Shown here one piece after another: positions 49,419 through 59,784 of a stretch of 64,000 nucleotides of DNA. How positions within the stretch are numbered: the stretch's first letter is position 1; every line of letters starts with the position of its first letter. The stretch is from an uncultured delta proteobacterium. GTDB taxonomy: Bacteria > Myxococcota_A > UBA9160 > UBA4427. The DNA lies in the NCBI GenBank assembly GCA_963822965.1, contig CAWGJT010000006.1, positions 352,001 to 416,000 of the forward strand, in the 5' to 3' direction. The notes below the pieces were generated by a model that was not told the origin of the DNA, made no database searches, and worked only from the letters and a program-made list of their open reading frames with translations. Made by a program: the position numbers and the translations under genes.

Positions 49419-50243
49419 TCACGGCACCGCGACCGGCTCGCCGCCCCGCAGCACGAGGTACTGGCGGCGGGGGTCGTTCTGCAGACCGGCCTTGCGGGCG
49501 TCGGCCGTGCGGGTACGGGCACCGTCGGGTGCGTACTGCAGGATGTAGCTCCTGCGCACGCGGTCCGTGAGGTTCGGGCCGGTCCGGTGCGGGGTGAGCG
49601 ACGAGAAGACGACGATGTCCCCCGCTCGGGCGGGTACCGGAACCGCCTCCGGCGAGCTGACGACGCAGCGCCAGCCGAGGGGCGTGGACTCGTGGGCCAG
49701 GGTGCCGCGTCGATGCAGCCCGGGAATCACCCAGGGACAGCCGTTCCGCTCGTCCGTGTCGGTGAGGGCCAACCAGCACGTCAGGTACTGCTGGGGCTCG
49801 ATGTACGTGTACCCGTTGTCCTGGTGGAACGGAAACTCCTCGGGGTTGCCGGGCTTCTTGTAGACGGCCTGGTCCCAGTAGAGGCGCACGTCCGGGCCCA
49901 CCAGACCGCGGCAGAGGTCGAGGATCGGCGGGGCCGCGGAGAGCTCCCGCAGGAAGCGCGACCGCAGGACCAGGTGCGTGGTGAAGGTGATGGCGTCGGC
50001 CTTCGCGATGAAGAGCCGCCCTCCCTCGCGCGTGCGCAGGAACGCCTCGACCTCCTGCTCGAAGGGATCGATCTCGGCGACGGTACGCGCGACGGTGTCG
50101 GCGTCGAAGGCGGACTCGTAGAGCAGGAAGCCCGTCTCGTCGAAGCGGGCCGCCTGCGCGGCCGAGAGCCCGCGGCCGCTCCGAGGCGCCGACCGCCACG
50201 AGAAGTCCCGGTTGAGCGGATGCCGGGCGGGTACCTCGCTCAT
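49419..50243 (-). CDS. PhyH-family Fe(II)/2-oxoglutarate dioxygenase
   Basis: HQD...H triad (FHQDNGY, PHRTGPN), NGCPWVIPG; ATGA overlap with the upstream paralog. Confidence 0.9.
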   Translation of the reverse strand: MSEVPARHPLNRDFSWRSAPRSGRGLSAAQAARFDETGFLLYESAFDADTVARTVAEIDPFEQEVEAFLRTREGGRLFIAKADAITFTTHLVLRSRFLRELSAAPPILDLCRGLVGPDVRLYWDQAVYKKPGNPEEFPFHQDNGYTYIEPQQYLTCWLALTDTDERNGCPWVIPGLHRRGTLAHESTPLGWRCVVSSPEAVPVPARAGDIVVFSSLTPHRTGPNLTDRVRRSYILQYAPDGARTRTADARKAGLQNDPRRQYLVLRGGEPVAVP

Positions 50244-50998
50244 GGGATCGCGACGGGCCGCGGGATCGGCATCCAGTCGTTCACCGGGGAGGTGTCCCGG
50301 TCGCGGTCCACCGTCCCTTGCGACGCGTAGTGATAGACCATGGCGGCCCGACACCCCGACGAGGTGTTGTCCCGGGAGCAGTGCATCAGGTGGCTGTGGA
50401 AGACCAGCAGGTCTCCCGGCTCCATGGTGACGGGCACCGCGTCCCCCATGTCGTGGTCGACGATCTCCACGTAGCCCACGTTCGCGTGCGGCCGGCGGTC
50501 GGGCACGTGCGCGTGCACCGGCTCACGGTGGGAGCCCGGCAGCACGTGCAGGCAGCCGTTCTCCCGGGTGGCCTCGCTCACCGCCAGCCACACGCCCACC
50601 TGGGGCGAGCGATCGAAGTGGAAGTAGTACGAATCCTGGTGCCACGGCTGCCCCCAGGCGCCGGGGTTCTTGAAGATGAACTGGGACAGGAAGCAGTCGA
50701 GGTCGGGACCGAGGATCGGACGCACCCGCGCGAGCAGATCCTCGCGCGTCGCGAAGTCGCGGAAGACGGGATCCCGGTGCAGCCGGAAGACCTTGGAGAC
50801 GCGCTGCTCGGCCGGCGCGCCGGCCGCCACGCTGGCGCGCAGATTCGCCTCGGGCAGCACCAGGGCATCTCCGGCGGCGCCGGCGCCGCCGGCCTGGCGC
50901 GAGAGCTCCACGACCCGGGACAGCATCGCCCGGCAGACCGCCGGGTCGGCAAAGCCGCGTACCAGGAAGTAGCCGTCGCGCTCCCAGCCCGGATCCAT
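50240..50998 (-). CDS. PhyH-family Fe(II)/2-oxoglutarate dioxygenase
   Basis: PWHQD, NGCLHVLPGSH, PGDLLVFHSHLMH. Confidence 0.9.
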   Translation of the reverse strand: MDPGWERDGYFLVRGFADPAVCRAMLSRVVELSRQAGGAGAAGDALVLPEANLRASVAAGAPAEQRVSKVFRLHRDPVFRDFATREDLLARVRPILGPDLDCFLSQFIFKNPGAWGQPWHQDSYYFHFDRSPQVGVWLAVSEATRENGCLHVLPGSHREPVHAHVPDRRPHANVGYVEIVDHDMGDAVPVTMEPGDLLVFHSHLMHCSRDNTSSGCRAAMVYHYASQGTVDRDRDTSPVNDWMPIPRPVAIP

Positions 50999-51010
50999 GC
51001 CCCGAGATTA

Positions 51011-51078
51011 GCTGAGGGAGCCCGCTGGGCTCCCTCAGCGGCGGAACCGCGACCCAAGACTTGGCCTTGGGTCGCGGT
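51011..51078. repeat. Two adjacent perfect 13-bp-stem hairpins (REP-like)
   Basis: GCTGAGGGAGCCC-GCT-GGGCTCCCTCAGC (51011-51039) and ACCGCGACCCAAG-7nt-CTTGGGTCGCGGT (51046-51078). Confidence 0.75.
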
Positions 51079-52381
51079 CCCAGTCGCGCACACCGGCGAT
51101 CGCATGGCCGATCGCGTCGAGCCGGGCGGCCGAGAGGCCGTGTCCTTCGAGGGCGGCCCGCACGCGGCGGTCGAGCTGTCCCGCCTCCACCGGCCCGCCG
51201 GTCGCCAGCCGCGGCAGGAGCCATGCCATGCGGTCGCCGATCCGCAGCAGCGCCGGGCGCAGCTCGGTGTCGAGGTCGAAGGTCGCGAGCGCGGGTCCGC
51301 CGGTCTCGGCCTCCAGCACCCGCTGCTGGACCTCGACCGCCGCGTCGATCTGCGCCCGGTAGAAGTCGCGCACGGCGGCTTCACCCGGCGCGGCGCGTCC
51401 TTCGCGCCGAGCGGCCTCGCGAACGGACCGGAGCGCAGCCGCCAGCACCCGCTCCTCGCGGGTCGGATCGACGACCGGAAGGCCCTCGCGACGCTTGTAC
51501 TCCGCCACGAAGGGCATCAACGCGAGCCGTTCGTCGCAGGCCGCCAGCAGCGCGGCGAGAGGCTCGGCGGTGCGCGGACCGGGAGCGCCGAACCACTCGC
51601 CGCGCCACGCGGCGAGGGTGCCGTCGGCCTCGGCGGCGAGCAGCCAGGCGTCGAGACGGCGCGCCAACACCTCGGCGCCCGGCGGCAGCCACCACGCCTT
51701 GCGGTCCCGCGTGATCGGTCCGACGACGCTCACGCCGGCGAGGTCGCGGATCCAGCCCGGCGCCTCCAGGGTGTCGGTCACCGCCGCTTCCACGTCGCCG
51801 TCGGCCAGGGCCTCGCGGACCGCGCGGTTGTCTGGGATGGCGACGATCGCGGCCCGGCGGAAGCGCGCGCGGGTCACCCGCTCGAGGTGGCCCCCCGCGT
51901 TGACCGCCACCCGCAGCGACGGGTCGTCGAGTCCCCGCAGCGGATCGCCGGGCCGCGCGCCGGCGGTGAGGCGCGCGAGCACCGCCGTGCGGACGAGCAC
52001 CACGGCCCCCGTCTCGGCGACGGGCAGGCTGAAGCGTCCCCGCACCGACCGCTCCGGCCGCACCGTCACGCCGCTCATGGCCACGTCGAAGCGTCCGGAA
52101 GCGAGCGCCGTCTCGAGCTCCGGCCAGCGGAACGGCACCCACTCGACCGTGTAGCCGAGGTCGTGCGCCAGACCCCGGGCGGCGGCGACGTCGAAGCCGA
52201 CGTAGTCCACCGGGCCCGGCCCCGCGCCGACACGCTCGCTGAAGGGCGGGTAGTCGCCGCTCACCCCGACCCGCAGCACCGGGAGGGGCGGCGCGGCGGG
52301 GTCCGCCGGCCCGCCCCCCCGGCAGGCCGCCACGAGCAGCAACGCTCCCGCGAGGAGCGACCGGACCCACGACGACGGCAT
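51035..52381 (-). CDS. Lipoprotein fusion: PheC-like (SBP family 3/cyclohexadienyl dehydratase) domain plus AroQ-type chorismate mutase
   Basis: Lipobox-like VAAC; LRVGVSGDYPPFS, FDVAMSGVT, NAGG, TDTLE; C-terminal ERLALMPFVAEYK...VVDPTREERVL, QIDAAVEVQ, LRPALLRI. Confidence 0.78.
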   Translation of the reverse strand: MPSSWVRSLLAGALLLVAACRGGGPADPAAPPLPVLRVGVSGDYPPFSERVGAGPGPVDYVGFDVAAARGLAHDLGYTVEWVPFRWPELETALASGRFDVAMSGVTVRPERSVRGRFSLPVAETGAVVLVRTAVLARLTAGARPGDPLRGLDDPSLRVAVNAGGHLERVTRARFRRAAIVAIPDNRAVREALADGDVEAAVTDTLEAPGWIRDLAGVSVVGPITRDRKAWWLPPGAEVLARRLDAWLLAAEADGTLAAWRGEWFGAPGPRTAEPLAALLAACDERLALMPFVAEYKRREGLPVVDPTREERVLAAALRSVREAARREGRAAPGEAAVRDFYRAQIDAAVEVQQRVLEAETGGPALATFDLDTELRPALLRIGDRMAWLLPRLATGGPVEAGQLDRRVRAALEGHGLSAARLDAIGHAIAGVRDWDRDPRPSLGSRFRR

Positions 52382-52511
52382 GCAGCCTCCGGACGGCGCA
52401 AAGGAGCGGAGTCTATCGCGGTCCGCTGGCCGCGGATCGGGCTCGGGCGGAGGCCCCGTCCAGCCCCGGCCTCGCCGGTGGTAGAATCGCGGCTCGCCCG
52501 GAGGAGCATCC

Positions 52512-53771
52512 ATGGACTTCGACGACACCCCCGAAGAGGCCGCCTTCCGCCAGGAGGCCCGCAGCTGGCTCGACGCCAACGCGAAGCGCAAGCAGCCCGG
52601 TGAACGCAGCGCGAGCCCGGCCGAGCACCGCACGGATCCCGACGTCGTGGCGCGGGCCCAGGAATGGCAGGGGCGCAAGGCCGACGCGCGCTGGGCCTGC
52701 ATCACCTGGCCTGCCGAATACGGGGGACGCGACGCGACGCCCATCCAGAACGTGATCTGGAACCAGGAAGAGGCCCGCTACGCGGTACCGCCGAACCTCT
52801 TCACCATCGGCCAGGGCATGCTCGGCCCGACCTTGATGGCGCACGGAACCCCCGCCCAGAAGCAGCGCTACCTCGAGCCGATGCTTCGCGGCGCGGAGAT
52901 CTGGTGCCAGCTCTTCAGCGAGCCCAGCGCCGGATCCGACCTCGCCGGCCTCCGCACCCGCGCCGTCCAGGACGAGGCGACAGGCGAGTGGGTGATCGAC
53001 GGCCAGAAGATCTGGACGAGCGGCGCCCAGTACTGCAAGTGGGGAATGATCGTCACCCGCAGCGACCCCGACGCCGCCAAGCACGCGGGCATCACCTACT
53101 TCATCGTCGACATGCAGGCGCCGGGAGTCGAGATCCGGCCCATCCGGCAGATCAACCGCGCGACGAACTTCAACGAGGTGTTCTTCAACGGGGTGCGCGT
53201 TCCCGACGAGAACCGGGTCGGGGCGGTGAACGACGGCTGGCGCGGCGCCCTGACCACGCTCATGAACGAGCGCGCCGCCATCGGCGGGGGCGGTGCGGGC
53301 GGCCCCACCTGGGAAGACCTGCTGCGTCTGGCCGAAGACATCGAGCTGGACGGAAGACCCGCCATCGAGAGCCCGGCGGTGCGCCAGCGGCTGGCGGACT
53401 TCTACACGCGCAACCGGGCGCTGCAGTACACGGGCTACCGCACGCTCACCGCCCTGTCGCGCGGCCAGACGCCGGGGCCCCAGAGCTCCCTGGGCAAGCT
53501 CGTCGGCGCGGCCATGCGCCAGCAGATGGCGTCGTTCGCCATCGAGCTCGAGGCCGCCTGCGGCATGCTCGACGATCCCGCCCTCGCCGTGGAGGACGCA
53601 GCCTGGCAGAGCGCCTACCTGGGCGCTCCCGGAGGTCGGCTGGCGGGCGGCACCGACGAGGTGCTGCGCAACATCATCGCCGAGCGCGTGCTGGGCCTGC
53701 CGCCCGAGGCGCGGGTCGACAAGGGCATGGCGTTCAAGGACGTGCCGACGGGACCCGGCGGAAAGGGCTGA
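52512..53771 (+). CDS. Acyl-CoA dehydrogenase family protein
   Basis: WCQLFSEPSAGSDL, GQKIWTS, FNEVFF, GGTDEVLRNIIAERVLGLP. Confidence 0.95.
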   Translation: MDFDDTPEEAAFRQEARSWLDANAKRKQPGERSASPAEHRTDPDVVARAQEWQGRKADARWACITWPAEYGGRDATPIQNVIWNQEEARYAVPPNLFTIGQGMLGPTLMAHGTPAQKQRYLEPMLRGAEIWCQLFSEPSAGSDLAGLRTRAVQDEATGEWVIDGQKIWTSGAQYCKWGMIVTRSDPDAAKHAGITYFIVDMQAPGVEIRPIRQINRATNFNEVFFNGVRVPDENRVGAVNDGWRGALTTLMNERAAIGGGGAGGPTWEDLLRLAEDIELDGRPAIESPAVRQRLADFYTRNRALQYTGYRTLTALSRGQTPGPQSSLGKLVGAAMRQQMASFAIELEAACGMLDDPALAVEDAAWQSAYLGAPGGRLAGGTDEVLRNIIAERVLGLPPEARVDKGMAFKDVPTGPGGKG

Positions 53772-53830
53772 CGGGCGGGTGCCCAGCCGGGCGCCGGGCC
53801 GGGTGTAGACGAGCGCCCCCGGCGCGCTCG

Positions 53831-54199
53831 TCATGCGCCCGCGATCGCCCGTCGCACCACCGCGCGGATCTGCTCGTTGTTGAAGGGCTTGGGCACGTAA
53901 TCGAAAGCGCCCGCCGCCGCCGCGTCCCTTGCGACCGTGTCGGAGCCGTAGGCGGTGATGAGGACCACGGGCGTTCCCGGTCGGAACTCGGCCACGTGAC
54001 GCACCAGGTCGAGGCCGCTCACGCCGTCGGGCAGCGACAGGTCCGTGAGCACGAGATCGAAGCGGCCGTCTTCGAGCAGCTCGAGCGCTTCCGCGCCGGT
54101 GGTGGCCACCTCGGTCACGTGTCCCTCGCGGCGCATCAGGCCGCGAATCGCAAGCTGGATGCCGGGCTCGTCCTCCACGATCAGGATCGAAGCGCCCAT
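53831..54199 (-). CDS. Stand-alone response regulator receiver protein
   Basis: ILIVEDE, LTD (phospho-Asp), ITAYG, KPF; no output domain. Confidence 0.88.
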   Translation of the reverse strand: MGASILIVEDEPGIQLAIRGLMRREGHVTEVATTGAEALELLEDGRFDLVLTDLSLPDGVSGLDLVRHVAEFRPGTPVVLITAYGSDTVARDAAAAGAFDYVPKPFNNEQIRAVVRRAIAGA

Positions 54200-54257
54200 C
54201 GGTCGAGCCCCTCCCGGAGACTCCCCCCGGATTCCGAAAGGGTATACGATGACGCGC

Positions 54258-56687
54258 ATGCCGAGCGACGCCAGCGACGAGGCGAAGTGGCCCCTCCAGG
54301 GCCTGCGGGTGGTCGACCTCACGAGCGAGATCGCGGGGCCGTATGCGACGAAGCTCCTCGTCGACGCCGGCGCCGACGTGGTGAAGATCGAGCCGCCCCG
54401 GGGCGACCCCCTGCGGCGCTGGACCGCGTCCGGCACCCGCCTCGCGCCGGACGAGGACGGTGCGCTCTTCCAGTTCCTGAACGCCTCGAAGCGCAGCGTC
54501 GTCGCGGATCTCGAAGACCCGGCGGGCCGGCGCCTGGCGCTGGAGCTCGCCGGCGAGGCGGATCTGGTCGTGCACGGTCTCACCGAGGCGCGTGCCGCGG
54601 CCGTGGGGCTCGATGCGCCGAGCCTGTTCGACCGTCGTGCCCGTACCAGCTCGGTGTCGGTCACGCCGTGGGGCGCCGCCGGCCCCTTCGCCGAGCGTCC
54701 CTGTACGGAGTTCACCCTGCAGGCCGCCACCGGCTCGGTGGCGTACCGCGGCCTGCGCGACCGCCGGCCGGTGGCCGCGGGCGGACGCTTCGGCGAGTGG
54801 CTGACCGGCGTCTACGCGGCGGTGGGTGGCGTCACGGCGTGGCTCTCGGCGCGGCTCACCGGCCGTGGCCAGCAGGTCGACGTCTCCATGTTCGAGGCGA
54901 TGCTGCTCTCGATGACCGTCTACCACGACCTCAACGGGCAGTGGGTGGAGGGCGACCTCGCCCGCTCCATCGAGATTCCGTCCATCGAGCCCGCGAAGGA
55001 CGGCTGGGTGGGCTTCTGCACGATCACCGGCCAGCAGTGGAAGGACTTCTGCGCGCTGATCGGACAGCCCGAGGTAGCGAACGACGACAGCTACCTGGAC
55101 GCGCGTCGACGCATGGAGCACCGGGAGCTCATGAAGCGGATCATCCACGGCTGGACGCGCGAGCGCAGCGTGGACGAGATCGTCGAGGTCGCGAGCCTGA
55201 TGCGCATCCCGGTCGCACCCGTGGGCGACGGTCGCACCCTGCCCCAGATGGACCACCTGGTGGCGCGCGGCGTCTTCTCCAAGGGACCCGGCGGCTTCCT
55301 GCAGCCGCGGGTGCCCTACCGCCTCTCGCGCACGCCGACGCGGCCGTTGGGATCGGCGCCGAAGCTCGACGAGCACGGCGACGCGATCCGCGCCGTGCCG
55401 GGCTCCGTCTTCCGGCCGCGCGAGGAGCCGGCCCCCACCGTCGGTCCCGACGCCCCGGGACTGCCCCTCACGGGGCTGCGCGTGGTCGACCTCACCGCCT
55501 TCTGGGCCGGTCCCTTCGCCACCTGCTACCTGGCCGACCTCGGCGCCGACGTCGTGAAGGTCGAGTCCATCCAGCGCCCGGACGGGATGCGCTTCGCCGG
55601 CGCGATCCGGAAGGAGAAGCTCTGGGAGTGGTCGCCGGTGTTCGCGGGCGCCAACCCGGGCAAGCGCGACGTCACGCTCCAGCTCGACGACGCCCGCGGC
55701 ATGGCGCTGCTGAAGCGCCTGATCGCCGACGCGGACGTGGTGATCGAGAACTACTCGGTGCGGGTGCTCGAGAACTTCGGGCTCGGCTGGGACGAGGTCC
55801 GCGCCCTCTCGCCCCGGGTCATCATGGTGCGCATGCCGGCCTTCGGGCTGGACGGCCCCTGGCGCGACCGCACCGGCTTCGCGATGACGATCGAGCAGGT
55901 GAGCGGACTGGCCTGGATCACCGGCTACGAAGACCTGCCCCTGGTGGTGCGCGGCGCCTGCGACCCCGTCGGCGGCATGCAGACCGTCTTCGCGCTCCTG
56001 ATGGCGCTCGAGCACCGGCGTCGCACCGGCGAGGGACAGCTCGTCGAGGTGCCGCTGCTCGAGAACGCCCTGAACCTCGCCGCCGAGCAGGTGATCGAGT
56101 ACTCGGCGTACGGCGAGCTGCTCACGCGCGCGGGCAATCGCGGTCCGGTGTCGGCGCCCCAGGGCGTGTACCGCTGCGCCGACCGCGACGGACAGGAGCA
56201 GTACGTGGCGATCGCCATCGCCCGGGACGAGCAGTGGCAAGCCCTGTGCGATCAGCTGGGCAACCCGGCGTGGGCCCGCGATCCACAGCTCGCCACGGCG
56301 GCCGGCCGTCGCACCCGACACGACGAGATCGACGAGCGCATCGACGCCTGGCTCGCCGACCAGCACCGCGACGCCGCCGCGGAGCGGCTCGTGGCCGCGG
56401 GCATTCCCGCCGCCGCGGTGATCAACGCGCACCGGGTGATGCCGAATCCGCAGCTCGAGGCCCGCGCCTTCTTCCAGACGATGGTGCACCCCGAGACCGG
56501 TCCGACCCGCTATCCAGGCTTTCCCATGCGCTTCTCCCGCTTCGGCCCCGGGCTGCACCGCCGCCCGCCCCCCACCCTGGGGCAGCACAACGACGAGGTC
56601 CTGCGCGGAGAGCTCGGCCTGTCGGAGGCAGAGGTGGCCGAGCTGCGCGCAGCCCGGGTGGTGGGCGAGCGGCCGTCGTTCCTGTAG
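54258..56687 (+). CDS. CoA-transferase family III (CaiB/BaiF), two fused domains
   Basis: Two L.GLRVVDL...AGP...GADVVK.E units; P.LGQHNDEVL C-terminus; start 54249 or 54258. Confidence 0.92.
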   Translation: MPSDASDEAKWPLQGLRVVDLTSEIAGPYATKLLVDAGADVVKIEPPRGDPLRRWTASGTRLAPDEDGALFQFLNASKRSVVADLEDPAGRRLALELAGEADLVVHGLTEARAAAVGLDAPSLFDRRARTSSVSVTPWGAAGPFAERPCTEFTLQAATGSVAYRGLRDRRPVAAGGRFGEWLTGVYAAVGGVTAWLSARLTGRGQQVDVSMFEAMLLSMTVYHDLNGQWVEGDLARSIEIPSIEPAKDGWVGFCTITGQQWKDFCALIGQPEVANDDSYLDARRRMEHRELMKRIIHGWTRERSVDEIVEVASLMRIPVAPVGDGRTLPQMDHLVARGVFSKGPGGFLQPRVPYRLSRTPTRPLGSAPKLDEHGDAIRAVPGSVFRPREEPAPTVGPDAPGLPLTGLRVVDLTAFWAGPFATCYLADLGADVVKVESIQRPDGMRFAGAIRKEKLWEWSPVFAGANPGKRDVTLQLDDARGMALLKRLIADADVVIENYSVRVLENFGLGWDEVRALSPRVIMVRMPAFGLDGPWRDRTGFAMTIEQVSGLAWITGYEDLPLVVRGACDPVGGMQTVFALLMALEHRRRTGEGQLVEVPLLENALNLAAEQVIEYSAYGELLTRAGNRGPVSAPQGVYRCADRDGQEQYVAIAIARDEQWQALCDQLGNPAWARDPQLATAAGRRTRHDEIDERIDAWLADQHRDAAAERLVAAGIPAAAVINAHRVMPNPQLEARAFFQTMVHPETGPTRYPGFPMRFSRFGPGLHRRPPPTLGQHNDEVLRGELGLSEAEVAELRAARVVGERPSFL

Positions 56688-56883
56688 GGCCGCCGTTCTG
56701 CGGATCGGATGCCGGTGCGGCGCGCACCGCCCGCGCCCGGGCGCCCCGGCGCGCGCGCCGGGGCCGCCGACCTCCTGAATTTCCCTGTGATTTCGCTGTG
56801 ATAGAGTGCCCCGGGGCCCGGGTTGACCCCAACCGGTCCGCGAAAGCCACCCACCTGCACGGTCCAGGCCCCTGCTTCTTCAC

Positions 56884-59781
56884 GTGTTCTCGCTCCACCG
56901 TGCTCTCTTCCACCCGGGCGCCGCTCCCAAGCGGGCGGATCGCGCGGCCAACGGAGATTCCCCGACCTTGGCGACCTCCACCCGGCAACCGGCCGCCGGC
57001 ATCCTGCACACCGGCGCCCTCCTCGGGCTGATCGCGGCCCTGCTCGCCGCCGCACCCGAGGCGGAGGCGCAGTGCGTGCAGACCGGCACGAACGTCTCCT
57101 GCACAGGCACCGACCCGGACGGCTTCGCGGCGGCCGAGGACGGCCTGACGATCACGGTCCAGCCTGGCGCCACGGTGGAGAATGGGGGCACGGGCGGCGC
57201 CGTCACCGTCCAGGGCAGCAGCGCTCTCACGGTGGAGGCCGGCGCCACCCTCTCCGCCAACGGCGTCACGCCGCGGGGCGCCGAGGCGCAGGGCAGCGGC
57301 GACACCCTCACCAACCGGGGCGACATCCTCGTCTCGGGCAGCGGCGCCGTCGGCGTCCAGGTCGGCACGGTGGTGAACGAGTCCACGGGGCGGATCATCG
57401 TCGCACCGGCCATCGGCGGCGGGGCGGTGACCGGCATCAACGGGGGCGCGGGCCGGAACGTCACCAACGACGGCCTGGTGCAGGTGAGCGGCGCCGGCTC
57501 CACCGGCATCGCGACGGCCACCCAGGGCGTGACCACCAACACCGGCACCATCCGGATGCTCGACGCCAACGCCATCGGCGTGAGCCAGGGCGCCCTCTCC
57601 CAGCTGACCAACAGCGGCCTGATCGAGTCCACGGGCGACGGCGGAATCGGCATCCGCCTGAACGGCGCCAGCGCCTTCGCGAGCAACGACGGCACGATCC
57701 GCACGGGCCCCGGCGGCATCGGAGTGCTCGCCAACTCCATCGGATCGCCCCAGAGCCCCAACCGCTTCAACAACCTGCAGAACGGCCTGATCGAGACGGG
57801 AGCCGGCGGCGTCGCCGTGCAGGGCTCGATCGGGGTCGAGCAGGTGGGCAACCTGGGAACGATCCAGGGCGACGTGCGGCTCGGCGCCGGCGGCGACTTC
57901 TTCGGCTGGGGAGCCGGCAGCAGCGTGAGCGGCGCCCTGGACGGCGGGGACGGCAGCGACCAGATCCAGCTCTTCCAGGCCGACCCGGCGATGCCCATGG
58001 CCGACACCTACGACCTGGGTGCCGCCCAGGGCTTCGAGCTGCTCCGCGTCGGCGCCGCCGGAAGTACGGACACCTGGACCCTCACCGGCAGCGGCGCCTA
58101 CGCCGACGGCATCCAGGTGGAGGGCGGGACCGCGCGGGTGGCGAGCGGGGCGGCCGTGCAGAACGAGCTCCGCATCCTGGATGGAGAGGCGCTCTTCGCC
58201 GACGGCGCCACCTTCGCGTCGGGTATCACGGTGACGGGAGGAACCGCGACCTTCGAGGACGGAGCCAGCGTCCAGGCGAACGTGGTGAACGACGGCGGCG
58301 CGGTGCGGTCGGCGGGCGTCTCGACCCTGCAGGGCGACCTCACGATCGCCTCGGGTGCCTCGTATCGGGCGAGCTTCGATCCCGCGACGAGCTCGCGGCT
58401 CGACGTCCAGGGCAGCGTGAACCTCCAGCCCGGCGCCAACCTCGTTCTCTCGAACTCCCAGACCCTCGCGATCGTCCAGAGCTACCGGATCCTCACGGCA
58501 ACCGCCGGCGTGACCGGGCAGTTCGACGTGGGCTCGGCGTTCCAACGCATCACCCCGACCTATGGTCCCACCACCGGCTCGAGCTTCGTGGACGTTCTCG
58601 TCGAGTCGACGTTCACCCTGCCGGCCCGCTCCGCGAACGAGCGCCGCCTGGGCCAGCACCTCGATCTGGCCGCGCAGAACGGACCCGACGCGGACATGGC
58701 GGCGGCCCTGTCGGACCTCGCCTCCATCGTCGATCCGGACACCGCCCGCAACGCACTCGACGCCCTGCAGCCCGAGTTCTACGACTCGGCCACCAGCGCC
58801 TCGTTCGAGACCGCCCGCTCCTACGCCGGCCTGCTCGCCGAGCGCCCCCTCCGCTGCGAGTCCTTCGTGTCGCCCTACCGGCGCGACCGTCCCTCGCTCG
58901 AGCCTTGCAGCGCGCGCGGGCTCACCCCCTGGGCCGCCGGCTTCGGCCGCTACGCACGCCGCGACGGCACGAGCGACCACGTGGACTGGAGCTACGGAGG
59001 CGGCGGGCTGGCGTTCGGCGCGGACCAGCGCGTGGGAGACGATCTGCTGGTGTCCGGCATGCTCGGCACCAGCCGCCTGGCGCTCGACTACGACGGCGAC
59101 GGTGACGCCTCGCTCACGAGCTTCGAGGCCGGGCTCGGGGCGACCTGGCGGATTCGCGGCACCCGGCTGCGCGGCGTCGTGGAGTACGGACACGGCTGGC
59201 ACCAGAGCCGCCGACGGGTGGACTTCCCCGGCGTCTCCCGCCTGGCCCGGGCGAGCTACGACAGCAACCGCGTGACCGGGCTCGTCGAGGTGAGCCACCG
59301 CTTCGTGTGGGCGCCCTTCGAGCTGGAGCCCGTGGTGTCCGCCGAGTACACCTGGCTGCGCGAGGAGGCGTTCCGCGAGACCAGCGCCGGCGTCGTGGGT
59401 CTCGACGTCGCGTCGCGCGAGAACGCCCTCTTCGCCACGAACGCCGGGGTGCGAGCCGGCATGACTCTCGTGAAGTGGTACTACGCGGGCGCCTGGCTCG
59501 AGTGGGCGGACGGGGTCTGGCGACCGGAGATCGCGGCGAGCTGGCGCCAGGTGTGGAACGACTACGACCGGGCGCTCTCGTCCCGGCTCGAAGGCGCCCC
59601 GCCCGGGACCCCCTCGTTCCGCACGGAAGCCCAGGACGCCGAGTACGGCGCCGACCTCGCCGCGAGCGTGAGCTTCCAGCCCCAGGGGTCGCGCAACACG
59701 ATCGAGCTGGGCTACGAGGGCTTCATCGGCGATCGCACCATGGTGCACAGCGTGGTGGCGCGCTTCCGGATGCCCTTCTGA
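56884..59781 (+). CDS. Autotransporter domain-containing outer membrane protein
   Basis: Signal-like LLGLIAALLAAAPEAEA, Gly/Asn/Thr-rich beta-helical passenger, WTLTG, C-terminal beta-barrel ending in F; start uncertain. Confidence 0.85.
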   Translation: MFSLHRALFHPGAAPKRADRAANGDSPTLATSTRQPAAGILHTGALLGLIAALLAAAPEAEAQCVQTGTNVSCTGTDPDGFAAAEDGLTITVQPGATVENGGTGGAVTVQGSSALTVEAGATLSANGVTPRGAEAQGSGDTLTNRGDILVSGSGAVGVQVGTVVNESTGRIIVAPAIGGGAVTGINGGAGRNVTNDGLVQVSGAGSTGIATATQGVTTNTGTIRMLDANAIGVSQGALSQLTNSGLIESTGDGGIGIRLNGASAFASNDGTIRTGPGGIGVLANSIGSPQSPNRFNNLQNGLIETGAGGVAVQGSIGVEQVGNLGTIQGDVRLGAGGDFFGWGAGSSVSGALDGGDGSDQIQLFQADPAMPMADTYDLGAAQGFELLRVGAAGSTDTWTLTGSGAYADGIQVEGGTARVASGAAVQNELRILDGEALFADGATFASGITVTGGTATFEDGASVQANVVNDGGAVRSAGVSTLQGDLTIASGASYRASFDPATSSRLDVQGSVNLQPGANLVLSNSQTLAIVQSYRILTATAGVTGQFDVGSAFQRITPTYGPTTGSSFVDVLVESTFTLPARSANERRLGQHLDLAAQNGPDADMAAALSDLASIVDPDTARNALDALQPEFYDSATSASFETARSYAGLLAERPLRCESFVSPYRRDRPSLEPCSARGLTPWAAGFGRYARRDGTSDHVDWSYGGGGLAFGADQRVGDDLLVSGMLGTSRLALDYDGDGDASLTSFEAGLGATWRIRGTRLRGVVEYGHGWHQSRRRVDFPGVSRLARASYDSNRVTGLVEVSHRFVWAPFELEPVVSAEYTWLREEAFRETSAGVVGLDVASRENALFATNAGVRAGMTLVKWYYAGAWLEWADGVWRPEIAASWRQVWNDYDRALSSRLEGAPPGTPSFRTEAQDAEYGADLAASVSFQPQGSRNTIELGYEGFIGDRTMVHSVVARFRMPF

Positions 59782-59784
59782 GCG

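Noticed and set aside
46965..50998. Secondary-metabolite biosynthetic cluster (methyltransferase, PhyH pair, cupin)
   Set aside because: No scaffold-forming enzyme or precursor peptide; mixed orientations
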